Source: Saccostrea cucullata (lineage: Eukaryota). From it: DNA of 64,000 bases. The notes beneath the pieces are model-generated. The model saw nothing but the letters and a program-made list of their open reading frames with translations. It was not told the origin of the DNA and did no database searches. The position numbers and the translations under genes are program-made. The DNA lies in contig NW_026932784.1 in the NCBI RefSeq assembly GCF_032062105.1, positions 124,001 to 188,000 of the forward strand, in the 5' to 3' direction. Positions 24,561-37,200 of this stretch are shown one piece after another. The number at the start of each line of letters is the position of its first letter. The first letter of the stretch is position 1.

Positions 24561-24897
24561 CTGATTTGTTTACCTGTATTTCGATCGAAATATTCCTGGT
24601 GGACGCTCGCACCTAATTTTTTATGACATGAAATTCATCCATCGTAAGTCGGAAAACCCTTCGGCTTTGTAAAACTATTTAATTTCCCCCCGAAAGCTTT
24701 GTGTAACCCAGAAACACGCTGAAATCAATACACAACACCACACGGAAGTGAAAATTATCGTAAAATCTCGCGAGTCACGTGATGAGACTTACAGACTCTG
24801 GACCGAATTTTCTCAGCTTTTGAAATAATGAATAAAAAGTTTACTTCCGGTAAAGGGAGAAGTCATTTTAAATGGAATTTAAATAAACATAATGAAG

Positions 24898-25376
24898 AAA
24901 GATATCTCTTTGCATTTAAGAGATATCTCTTTTTGCTTCAGAGATATCTCATTTAGACCCGTTTGAAAGATATCTCTTTCACTTTGAGAGATATCTCTTA
25001 AAATAAACTTAGAGAGATATCTCTTTTACTTTAAGAGATATCTCTTTAAATAGGAAAGATATCTCTCTAAGTGAAAGAGATATCTCTCTAGGTGAAAGAG
25101 ATATCTCTCTTGTTGAAAGAGATATCTCTTTAATGATTAGAGATATCTCTTTAACGTTCAGAGATATCTCTTATCACGAAAGAGATATCTCTCAAGGAGA
25201 AAGAGATATCTCTCAAAGAAAAAGAGATATCTCTCTAAGTATAAGAGATATCTCTCTAACTTTAAGAGATATCTCTTTCTTATAGAGATATCTCGTAAGA
25301 ATAAGAGATATCTCTTAAAGTTGAGAGATATCTCTATTTTTTAAGAGATATCTCTCTAAAATGAGAGATATCTCTG
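24898..25376. repeat. Right subterminal array, ~23 copies of AGAGATATCTCT at ~20-21-bp period
   Basis: Direct count of GATATC cores. Confidence 0.95.
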
Positions 25377-28300
25377 TAATTTTAAGATCAAATTTATTTT
25401 CCGAATAAATAGTAAAAGGGCTTGCCATAAACGTCCCTTATCGAAGTAGGTGCTGGCACGAATAATCCCCCACCGCTCAAATGTCTTACGTGCCGAATAT
25501 AGGTCTAAATAACACAACCCATCACCGGCAAGTGGTGGCGTCTCAGTATGACTGAATTTCGAAAGGACAATCACTAAAAAATATACGAAATGATGTAAGC
25601 CTAATAGTTACCAATAAGGGATGTACTAAAATTTACGAATGTATAGTGATTATATTCTAGAGTCGACCATTTGAATGTCTTTGAACTCAATTATATAGAG
25701 AAGAAAAATATTGCTATTAACTCGAAAAATGGTTTTTATTCAGCGGTTAATTTGATGATTTATACATGTAAATGTAACAAAAATGGTATGAAAACATTAA
25801 AATTAATGTTTTGAAAGATCAAATATAACTACTCTTCGCCTTAGGATTTAATTGAACCAAAGGAAGGAAATAATTCGCTCAGACTGGGTTATCTCGCTTT
25901 CAAAATAATTCCAAATCAATCGAAACTATACATGTATAGAAAATTTTATGTTTTTTTTTTTAAAGAAAGCATACCTTCTTTTAGTCAAAAAACACTTTTT
26001 CCTTGAACAATTATAACGTCCCACACTTGTCATTAGTAGAAGCATTGTGGGACATGGCGCAATTAATAATATCGTAATAATTTGTTAATTTTTGTCTTAT
26101 CAATCGCATTATTAATGTGATGAATTATTTTTTATGACCTTGAGACCAAGACACTACATTACAAATATTGTCAAATTGCCACTTTAAATTGTTAATAAAA
26201 GCATCAAAACAATCATCAAAATCATTAAGGATCTAAATACCCAAGTATGTACTTTAGAATTGTATTAACTAGACCGTTCATTCCACACTTTAATCAGATA
26301 TATTTCCAAAACAAGCATTGGTAATAATATTCAAAGCTATACGAGGGTCATAATACACAGTATATCATAATACATATTGAGGTATTTGATTTTATTATTT
26401 CATATTTGAAAAGTTCTATCAAAGATCTCCTAAACTAAAGAAAATTTCATAATTTTCATATTGTCTTCGCGAAGAAATCCATTTTTAAAGTAAGATGGCC
26501 ACTACACTGTGCTGAAATCAGTTTGTAAATGATCCAAGAAGATGAATTTAAGAGCGTATTTAAAAATTGCGGGGTAAATTGGGGTAAACCTTATATCTAA
26601 GATATGATTTTCTCATGTAGAAAAAAATATCTTTAACGCTGTATACTTTTCAGATAGATTCAATAATTCAGAAAGAAAAGAGTTCAAATATAACAGTCAA
26701 TGCGGTCAATTGAAATTTGTGGGGCACAAAAAAATCGACTTCATGTGCCAGATGAAATTTGAAAATTTTATTTTCATAGAAAGACATTGTTAAGATACTG
26801 AACATTTAATTGTCAAAGCAATTTGCAGAATTCTGACAAAGGAAAAATATATATCAATCTTTCAATTAGATAGGTGCCCTATTTTTTCACAAATGCTCAG
26901 AAGAGAACATTCGTTAAATGTGCCAATGGTTTATATAAAGACAAATTTTTAAACAAAATAGAAGATTTGATTAACTTGCGTAATGTATGACGAAACATAG
27001 GTGCACTTTTTTATACACTGTAGTCGTAAAATAAGATTAATGATAAAAAAATGTGGAATCAGAGAAAATGGTGTCATTATATATGATAAAAGGAAGCAAT
27101 GGCTCCAAATAAGTTTTATTAGTTTTTGTGTATTTAACGAGGTCAAATAAACATGTACATACATCCAAATGAAGATCTAGCAATGGTAAGTTTCATCTTC
27201 AAATTGCACAAAGGAAAGCTGAATAGATTTCCTGCAAAGGTTTAGTCCGAAATTTGGTAACAAGGGTTTTTTTCGTGTGCCTGACAACGCAGCTGCATAT
27301 ACGCTTAGAGTAATAAATAAGATTTTGAAGAAAAAAAGTATACAGGACTTTTTATTCACCAATATTAGCTTGATCGCAGCAACTGTGAGATCTTTTGATT
27401 CCCAAAACACATGAAAACAATCAAAGGAAGATTGTACAATCAAAGGAAGATTGGGTAATCAAATGGGAAATGATATTCATCAGTGTCTTTGGGGCATTCC
27501 TAAAGATGAGTATGCTGAGGATTTCTGCTCATAGATACAAAAATTTAAGGGTAACAGAAAATGCCCTGAGGGATTGAAACTATTAAGAATATGTATTTCG
27601 TACTTTTATTATTTTTAGATGACATGTTGCATTATTCATTGAACGACTCTCGTATTAGTGTTACAAGTGAATGTGCGCAGTAGTTTATGTTTTCAAATTC
27701 TCTATGTTTTTACGCTGCAAGGCAAACAGTTGATAGTTCTAGGAGTTGACAGTTTGACAGTGGACAGTTTGCTCCAGCAAACAGCTAAAAATGTTTTGTA
27801 ATACTTTTTACCTTTTAAGACAAACCTCAAAGCGGTCAAATATCTGATCGACTTATTCACTGAGCAGTCTAACATCGATTACTTTGGACTACTCTGGAAA
27901 CTTTTAAGTATAAAGATGTTATAAATGTATAAAAAAAAAATCTTATTTTTTACTTTCCAGGGAGAAATGCACCGATGCACTTGCAGTGTATATCATTCTG
28001 ATTTTTTTTATTTATTCTAAAATATCTTCAGTTGCATAATTTGAATGAACATGTAAATTTTCAATATTGAAAGACAAAGGCGTTCGATCTTTATAACATA
28101 AAATAATACATGATCAGGAATAATTTATAAACACGGATATAAGCTGAAACGTTCGGAAAACATCTTACGTAAGAATTCCATCCAATACTATCGAAAAATA
28201 TTAACTTCAAAGTCATTGTGTTTGTTCTTTTAATTTTCTTGATTAACATACCGGTATGGTGTAGCATAGTGTCTAAACAGTCGTTTATTCATTTTTAATG

Positions 28301-28577
28301 AGGAAGAAATGGAACATTCGAGGTTTACTATCCATTCACATTTATAGGATATGTTCCATGATTTTATCATTTGAACATCACATTTTACTACATTAATCAA
28401 TCAAAAAGTAATCATATTCGACAATTTGAATTAAAATTCAGCTGTATGTTCATAGCAATATGCAAAGTATTGGATAACAAATCGCATCTATCGCTTTCAG
28501 ATATACATGTTTGAGAAATATATTTGTTCTAACTTTGTGATCCAGTGCAAATAAAGTCGATTTTTATGACAAGGCAT

Positions 28578-30201
28578 CAGGTGTAAAGACGAAAAATGGC
28601 CCCATCGAATAATGACCGGGGGTCATTTTTCAACGACAAAAATGACCCGCACTCGTAGAAAATCAATTTTTTGTAGAAAAAGAACCCCATGGGTCATAAT
28701 TTCATATGTGCGTCCTATAAAAAAAAAATGACCCCCGTTGAAAAACGTCCCCTTTTAGAGTGATACAAAATTCAAAAGTTTAAAATGATGCAAAGCATCA
28801 GATCGCCAAAAAATATTTCATTTTAGTATTTTAAAGGAATTTCAAAACGAATCCATAGGAAAAATAACAAGAAAATGCATGTACAAGTACTATGCATGGT
28901 ATATATCTTTATATAATTTTCAGTGTGATCAAACGAAGTAAACAAATTTGTGCATATAAGATTAGGACATCATTTGCCTTGTTATGTGATAATGACGATG
29001 TTCTAGATATCAAAATAGGAGTTTAAAGATAATTATTGTTTTCAAAACAATATTTACTAAAGCCCTTTTTCTTAAAAACTTGTACAAGTAATTAGTTATT
29101 TTAGGCACTAGTATTGTTCTTCATATCCAGAAACTTTTAAAAAAACGTTTTGATTCCATGCCTTATGCACGTTCATCTTGAGGAGCAATTCATGCAAACT
29201 TTATTTTCTATAAAATCAAAAATCAATGAATATCTGAGGAAAAATAAACGAATAAAAACCTAACCACAACCATTTAGACAAAGTATAAAGCAAATTTTTA
29301 AAACTTATTCATTACAATGAAAAAATAGCGCCTCAATTCCCCATGTGCACATTCTAACACAACCAACACTTAATTCTTGATCTGACACTTATTTTGGGTC
29401 TCACAGAGCAAAGCATAAATTTTGCCACTATAATCATATGGGAGGAGGCGGGGGGGGGGGGGGGGGGGTTATCATCTAGTGAGCTCATGGCTCATTTGAT
29501 TGTCCATGGGTTGTTAAGATACTTTACAGGTACATGTGGGAAGTATATACATACATAATTAAAGAAATGATCTTCAATTAATTTTTCATACTTTGCTTTG
29601 ACTCAGTATGAAGAAAACGTTACAAAATCTGATTTTCATATTAAAAGCGCTCTACAAATTATACCCAGAACAAAGTGAAAGAGTGGAATAAAACAAGATT
29701 AAAACTAGAGGTATTGTGAGCACTGAGCTCAGTAAGTGATATACACCCACCCACCCATCCCCGCGCCTCCCATATGATTATATTAGTAAAGCCCATGCTT
29801 TGCTCTGGGGAACACCAAATGAGAGACAGATCATAAAGTAAAATAAGAAGTGCACAATTACATTATGTACATGTAATAAAGAATGTGTGAAAGTATCATT
29901 AAGTTTTATTACACTGTCCAAAAAGTAAATTAGAGGATGCACAATGGCATTATGTAACAAAAAATCTGCATGTGAAAGTTGGGGATAATTATTCTAGGGG
30001 GTCATTTTTCTTCACGTGGGGGATTGCAAATTTTTAGGGTGATGACACTTTATCTACGGGCAAAAAGGGTCATTTTTCGACGTCGAATAATGACCGGGGG
30101 GTCATTTCTCGCCGTAGAATAATGACCGGGAGTCATTTCTCGCCGTAGAATAATGACCCCGGTCATTATTCTATGGGGAGCATTATTCGTCTTTACACCG
30201 G
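28578..30201. mobile_element. Non-autonomous DNA transposon with C(A/C)GGTGTAAAGACGAA TIRs and subterminal AATGACC(C/G) repeats
   Basis: TIRs at both ends, imperfect 3-bp flanks CAT/CAA. Related to the element at 44885-47714. Confidence 0.75.
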
Positions 30202-31214
30202 CAAATGTAATCAGTCATTTCAATTAATTTCATTATTTAAAACAAAAATCGTATCTGTTTTAAAAGCGTTTTGAGCATAGTAATCCTACACAAATCTTTC
30301 ATAAAAGGATTTAATGAGATGGATTTTGTTAATCTTCTGACTTATAAATCGATTACGAATATCCAATAATTCAATTATTCGTTTTCTGACCATCGCCTTT
30401 GCCTTTCTCTATATAGTTTTAGTTGTAAAAAAATATACACTTTTTTGCATTGTTATTGATTTTCCAAATTAACTTCTTGTAGTATGAATAGAAAATATTT
30501 TATGTGAACAAAGATGTAATACAGATCTTATTTATGAATAAAAGATTGTGTATGCTTCATTACTGAACGAGAAATAATACTCAAATTTTAAAAGAAATTA
30601 GCCAGCTGAAAAAATATGAAACTTCAGTTGTTTTTAAAATAATTTTTTAGTCTGATTGTTTTACAAAAAATTGATAAAATTCTTCAATTTATGAACAATT
30701 TGAACAAAATAAATGAGATATAAAGGTATTTTAAATGAAATATTAAATTATTTGTGTTTAAATAAGAGATATTAAAGCAAAACAAAAACAGCTGTAGAAA
30801 TTGAAAACACTTATTACTTACATATGTCATTCCAATACAAATGATGTACAAAACAGATCATTCATCTTAACAGAGAAATAAATACATACTTGGTTTTTAG
30901 TACCACCTTTTATCAATGTATCAACAGGAGAGAAGTTGTTTAAAGCACTGTATATTGTTAAACACAGATGAACACATAAGGCAAGACTGAGCTGTTGGCA
31001 AATAAATCCAACTCCTTCAGGGGGGCTGAGAAGTCAATATCATATGCTGGAGTATGTTTACACGAACTTTTCGATCATACCTCTCTTCCTAGCTATTGTC
31101 AACGCAAGAAGGAGTTGTTCAAGCACATGGAATGGATTACTAAAAACGCATTGTTTAGCCACTTTGAAAAAAGTGGTAAATCTGCAATGCATACAATTCA
31201 AAATAATAGAAATC

Positions 31215-34200
31215 TCAAGTATGTTGGTTGCTATCTGTCACAAAGAACGCGCTCCGTTCTTGACTAGGTTTTCTCAAATGTGTCATTTCGTCGATGCCCT
31301 CACTACTGTTTTGTTGATCTCCCCCATTCTTTTTGAGTGAATGTGATTTGATAGCATGTTGTGTCACCGTTTTACCTGAGTAAGAAGTAAAGCCTTCGAT
31401 TTGTGGGCTGTCAATTTTTAAACTCTTCAAATATTCATCAATTGGAGGCACCCCCTGATCCGCGTCAAAATATTCATCATCCTCCATTTCACCCCTATTG
31501 TCTGAGTGTACTTTTCCTTTAATCTTGATTTGATCCCCGCTACCTGGGGTGACAGGGGCAACATTAGAGCCGTTGGTATCATTGGAGGCCAAGGTTTGAT
31601 CTATAAAGTCCATTGCTTGCTGGGCAGCATTGATCGTATCGGCGATATCTCGCATTGACTCTTGGTAGAGATTACTGTATCCTGTATGTAACCCCTTAGA
31701 AGTCCCGTGCTGGACATTCCTACGCGCCGAAGAACTCCTGCTTAATCCAGATTCTCTGCTTCCAGGAATAGAATTTTCTTCAATAACATCACAGTTTATG
31801 TCTTGTCTGGACCACCGAGGAACCATTATTTCCTCTGATGATATGTTGCTTAGCTCCCTGATGACGTCATCACCCCCTGTTTTGTAAGCTATTCGAATTG
31901 ACATTCGAACATCCGCCGGTGTTTCACTTGCTGCTTTAGTTTTTGTAGACCGAGTAAGATTACTTTCCTCTCTCTCCGTTATATCTGTTAGATTACAGAC
32001 TTGTGGGAAGTTTCTGTTATTCTGTTTAAATATGGGCTGTGCGCCCGCATTGTGTCTTTGTAAGGCGGAAATAGATAATGGTAAAACGTTATCATTTTCC
32101 TCCATGTGTTTCAAATCGTCTGTAACAGTATTAAATTTTTGATTACTTGATTTTGTACTATTAGGACGAGAGTTTGACATTGTCAGATGACTACTTTCAT
32201 CATCGTCAGACTCAAAATCATTATCGTTATCTCCTAAATGAAGCCGAGGAACACTTGGATTGGACATCCCTTTCTCAGTTATACCTGAACCCTCATCTTC
32301 GTCGTCAGCATCAGAATAAGTGTAATCTGAAAGATGATAGTGAGGGGTTTGGTAATCTGTCAATTCAGATATCCGACTTTGTGGAGGAGCAACAGGATGT
32401 AGGGAAGATTTCCTTGTGTACTTCTGAAGAGCATGATTCTGCATTGACCGGATGTTCATCATTTCTATAGAGTACTCATCGGTGGGCACGTGGGATCCTT
32501 TCAATTTAGGACGGCTATTATATTTCTGCAGGCGCTTCACACGTTTGTTATTTACAAGAGAGGAATGGACAAAATGTACATTTCGGTTGGCATCAAACAT
32601 CTTTTGATATCGTCTTTGAAAGTCGTTCAAATCTTTTAATGTTTCTTCCTCAAGATTCTGTTGCATTCTAACAGGGAAACCATTTATCAGTGATACTTCA
32701 CTGCGCGTGCTTTGGTCCCCAAGCTGACTGTAAACAAGATCAAATTCAGAATCGTAACCAGACGTTCGTGTATCAGTATCCGTAGTAATCGTCTTGATTT
32801 CGCTGAGGTCTCTTTCATCATTTCTCACTGTTCTTCGTCCTCTGTACTGCTTATTGCACTTTGAGCAGTTACGTTTTGTGTGTTTACATAGAGAATTAAT
32901 GGGCATTGCTTGGAATAAATGGTTAGTTGCATTGCATTCATCGTATTTGGTACCCATCCCTAACTGGTAGGTTCTGCTCCTCAAGGTATATGATCCATTC
33001 TTGTAGACATTCATGATTGCATTCAAATCTGAGTCTGTGTGCTCTTTAACCATTTTCCTGTGCAACGAAAGGATGTTTTATATACTTAGCAGACAGCTGT
33101 AATACGACCCTATATTTCATTTGCAAAAGTATAAATATTTAGCTGTTCTGTGAATGCAACACTTCTGTATATTACTTTAATAGTAATAGTAACACATTCT
33201 TTTGCCGTAAAGAAAGTGCAACCGGAAACCAATTCTTTGTCTGACTTTTTTTACATTTATAAAATTGATGTTTCTTGAAACCATAAACATGTAGTTTTTT
33301 GAAAAGTTGCATGTTTAAATATAAAATGCAAGAAAGATCATATACAAACTTTATTTTGATAGGAAGATTGTCAAGACTTCGGCTGACGGCTTTATTTGTC
33401 CGTTCCCTTTCCTTCTGCAGTTTCATAATGTACCTCTGGGACACCTCCTGGCTGTTAAGTCCTTGTAATAGACCCTGTTTAGCAGACAGTCCTATTCGGG
33501 CGGGAGGAACTCGGAGGGAGGCGGCGGTGGGAATGGTCCCTCCCTTGCACAGGTCCTGCCAGGCAGACGACTCTTCTTTTGTAGCCACTTCCTCTCGGCT
33601 GTAAAGTAAAGAATCTGTATTGAAGTAATTTTCATTTCCAGGAGATTTTGAGGCACTTGTACCAGATTTTGATAGGTTCTCCTGAATAAACAAATCTCTT
33701 ACTACTAGTTTAAAAGAATAGCAATGATTGTTCAAAACTTCCACCTATTTTGCTTGCAAACAACAAAGACGTTTTGGAACTGGCTATGCAACTTGCTGGT
33801 CAAAATTATTGTAAATACAGAATTACAAGAAATAATTTCTAAGATGGAACATTTATAATAATGAGGGTAATTTTAAAAGTTGTGTTAATTTTTAATTCTT
33901 GCAAGTTTTGTCAGTTGCAATGCATGGAAGATCTAGAAATATCCATTGTTTAGACAAAAGAAGCCTGTAAATTGAAACATTTTGTCTAGTAAATGGATTT
34001 TGGATCCTTCAAACTTTTCAAAAGAGTAAGCTTTAAAGGGTTTCTAAAAATGCATTGAAAACTTCGGTTCAAGAGAAATAAAATGATTATTGAAAACTGA
34101 AAACTCTATTAACACCCTTTTATCTTCTTAGCAATCAGATAATGCTTCTGGATACGAAGGCAATAGTAGCATTACATACCCTAACCAACAAAGACTCCTG

Positions 34201-37200
34201 AGAAAAACTCTTCCTCGATACTTTTGATCAATTCTATTGCTTGATCCACAAATCATCGCCATATTGCGTACCACAATAGACCTTTCTGCTATTAATTTAG
34301 AGCTGTTCGGAATCGTTATTTTTTCTCACCAATACTATTTTAAAACATCGACATCCTGGCTCTAAAGGTGCTTCTGAACAGTTAAAAACGAGACCTTTAT
34401 AACTGAAATCGGAAGTCTGTTTTGATCCTACGTCTTTTCAGGTCCAAATTAGTTTTCTTGTGTATTAATGAGAAATTTATGCAGTTTTCTTGTCAACATT
34501 TTCATTGAAATTAATAAACATGGCTTAGCGAAAAATCGATGGCAAAAGAAATGCCTTCACCTTTATTTGGAAAAGGTCCGCTAACATGTTTTGTTGTACT
34601 CTTACTTCTGACACTGCCTGTAAATCCCAAGTTCATTTACTTGTTAAATACCTTAACTATACATTAATTCGTAGTTCACTAATGCGAAAGTCGCGACTTC
34701 AGGATGGCTATCATGTGCAATTTTCTGCAAACTCATGCATTATGCAATACAATCCAAATAAATAAAACAATGCTCCAGAAACTTATATTTCAATCAATCT
34801 TGAAGGATGTAAAGAGGAAAAAAATGACGTAATTAATTACCTTTAAAGACTTTGTGGACATATTTTGATTAGATAAGATTTTTATTCATCGATACTGCCT
34901 GACAGAAGATTGCTGACTCGTCATTTTGGAAACGTTAATGCCTTATTTTGACACAGACAGACTTTAGATAAACATCATATTAAACATTGAGATATTATCA
35001 GTATATATATATATATAGGTAAATCTTTTTAAAAAAGAAACACGAAAACCTTTAGTTTAGCTTAAGCGCTTTCATTTCAAATCTTCAGAAGCTTTATAAT
35101 AAGTAACATAGCAACATAACGTCATAACGTCATAATAAGCGGAACATTACATACAAACGTCTATTGTGACGTCATAGTCAAACTTTGCGGGAAAACTGTA
35201 GAATGAAAATTATAAGTACAATTTTTACAACAATTATGCTCAATTGTTCAGTCTAGGTTTGAACACATGTATAAAATGTTTTTCTTTCTCACGTCTCTGA
35301 ATATCACTTTCACTTGAAAGTTTGTAAAAAGGAAATATAGTGAATTGTTTATTTCCACAAGTATCCAAATGTTCACTCAGAGGGATTTGCCGATATTCCG
35401 GAGAATTAATATGTTGTCGGTGGACACGCACCCGGGCACGCAATTGATTGCTCGTTTCCCCGATATAAAATTCTTGGCATCCAGCACACGTTATTACATA
35501 TATTACATTTTTAGTGGCACAAGACATGTTTGCATTGACTGTGAATTGTCTTCCTTTAAAGTCATAAGTTGATCCTTCCATTATATGTGCACACGTCCCG
35601 CAACGCGCGTCTGCACACTTAGTCACTTTGTAACTATTATTAAAATGGGATGAACACAGAATTCTTCTAAGATTTTTGGGCTGTCTTCTGCTGTTAATGA
35701 ATTTTACATCTCTATATATTTGTTGTGTTGACCGGTCCGTTTTCAGAACGTTGTTAAGTTGGTGTACTACGGAGGTCAAATTATGGTTCCTTGGATTGTG
35801 GGTATGCACAAATGGAATTATATCCGTTTTATTTTCCTGGGTTTTTGTAGACAGTAATTCTGACCGTTCATATCCTTTGGCTTTCAATATCCCGTTATCT
35901 ATCAGGTTTTGGGGATATCCCTGTTTTAAAAGGTAGAACTTGAGTTCTTTCAGTCGGATATCTCTTGTGATTTCGTCACTAACGATAGCACATAAACGTC
36001 TTGCCAGATTGTATGGAATTGCTGTTTTTGTGTGATGAGGGTGACAGGATCCGAAATGTAAATACTGGTGGGTGTCAGTTGATTTATAGAAGATATCTGT
36101 TGAAAGTTTGGTATCTTCTTTAATGACAAGAACATCAAGGAAAGGTAATTCCATATCGCTGCATTCCATGGTAAATTTAATACTGGAATCTAAGTCATTT
36201 AATAATTGGTGGAAAATTGATAATTTCTCAATGATGTCATTCCAAAGAATGAAACAGTCATCTAAAAATCGTTTCCAATTTGATGTTATAGCTTTAGCGT
36301 CCTTTTCTCCCCATAGAGTGACAAGTCGTTGATGGAGTTTTTGTTCAAGGTATCCCAAAGTTAAGGTGGCATACGTGGGAGCCACTTTTGTTCCCATCGC
36401 TGTTCCTTTGGTTTGAATAAAATGCTCTATTCCGAAGGCAAATGTATTGTTTTGAAGTATAATTCTTAATCCTTCTAAGATGAATTCTTGTTCAAAACGA
36501 TCCTGTAGTAAGTGTGGGTATCTATCAATCCAGTATTTAACCGCTTTTATACCCAATTCCACGGGTATATTTGTGTATAAATTCACGACGTCGAATGACA
36601 CGAGTTTCGTATTAGGTTGAATATGTTCTGGTAGGTGGTTGATAAAATCTATATCATCTCTTATAAAACTAGGAACCTTTTCACAATAAGGCTTTAATAA
36701 AATGTCTAACAAGTGACTCAGTCTTTGAGTTGAACAATTAGGCCCCCCTACGATTGGCCGAAAAGAGAGATCTTCAGGATTTAGACAGCAAATATATTCT
36801 CCTCTCTGAGCCTTTATGGCGTTTTTGATTTCTAATGACTTGTGTACTTTTGGTAATCCGTAAAATTGACTCTCTTTTGTTTCAAAGTTTGTGAGGTAGT
36901 CTTTCTCCTTAGCAGTTAAATCTAGATGGCCCACAGACAAGTTGTTTTATCTTTGATAAAGTTTTTGTCTCGTGATTTGCATTAATACTCCCATAGTAGT
37001 TAGGGTCCTGTAGCATATTCAAAATCTTGCGTTCGTAATATGTTTTATTCATGATGACTACTCCGCCTCCTTTGTCGGCTTCTTTGATAACGATACTTTC
37101 GTCATTATGTAAGTCATTTAGAGCTTTTTGCTCTTCTTTTGTGAGATTAGATCTAATATTCTTTTTAATATTAGGTAGGTTTATATTATCTAGGGTTTCA

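Larger units (their letters stand above)
19450..24642 (-). pseudogene. Decayed multi-exon cargo gene of the IS3EU-type element (exon-like blocks ~24573-24642, ~23684-23801, ~19450-20019)
   Basis: ATG...CAG|gtaaac first-exon-like block. The last block follows a ttttatttcag acceptor and reads as one protein-like frame with scattered stops (LCDSWMMEY*...VTFCTYDVGPDPEKTSC...GKVFVAEWCDVKHFSQEHGKHPRSEHLQEIK). Confidence 0.45.
17264..25429. mobile_element. 8166-bp non-autonomous/decayed DNA transposon, IS3EU-type, with subterminal palindrome arrays
   Basis: Perfect 32-bp TIR TATGGCAAGCCCTTTTACTATTTATTCGGAAA and 6-bp TSD AACGTC (17258-17263, 25430-25435). TAY..RTA termini with a 6-bp TSD are the described hallmarks of IS3EU. 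Boundaries are high confidence; the superfamily call is moderate because no transposase was recognised. Confidence 0.85.
17133..25585 (+). mobile_element. tRNA-derived SINE split in two (17133-17263 and 25430-25585) by the IS3EU-type insertion
   Basis: A-box-like TGGTGCAGTGGTTAGA and B-box-like GATTCGAATCC lie left of the insertion. Joining the two flanks gives a sequence colinear with the reverse-strand SINE copy at 23100-23395. Confidence 0.75.

Noticed and set aside
17315-25376. AGAGATATCTCT repeat/spacer arrays as a CRISPR-like system
   Set aside because: Repeats (12 bp) and spacers (~9 bp) are far too short, there are no cas genes, the context is eukaryotic, and the arrays are subterminal parts of a TIR element.
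33599-33744. N-terminal part of ORF 33172-33744 as coding
   Set aside because: A stronger, phase-compatible acceptor lies at 33599. The phase-0 site at 33682 has no matching upstream donor that I could find.
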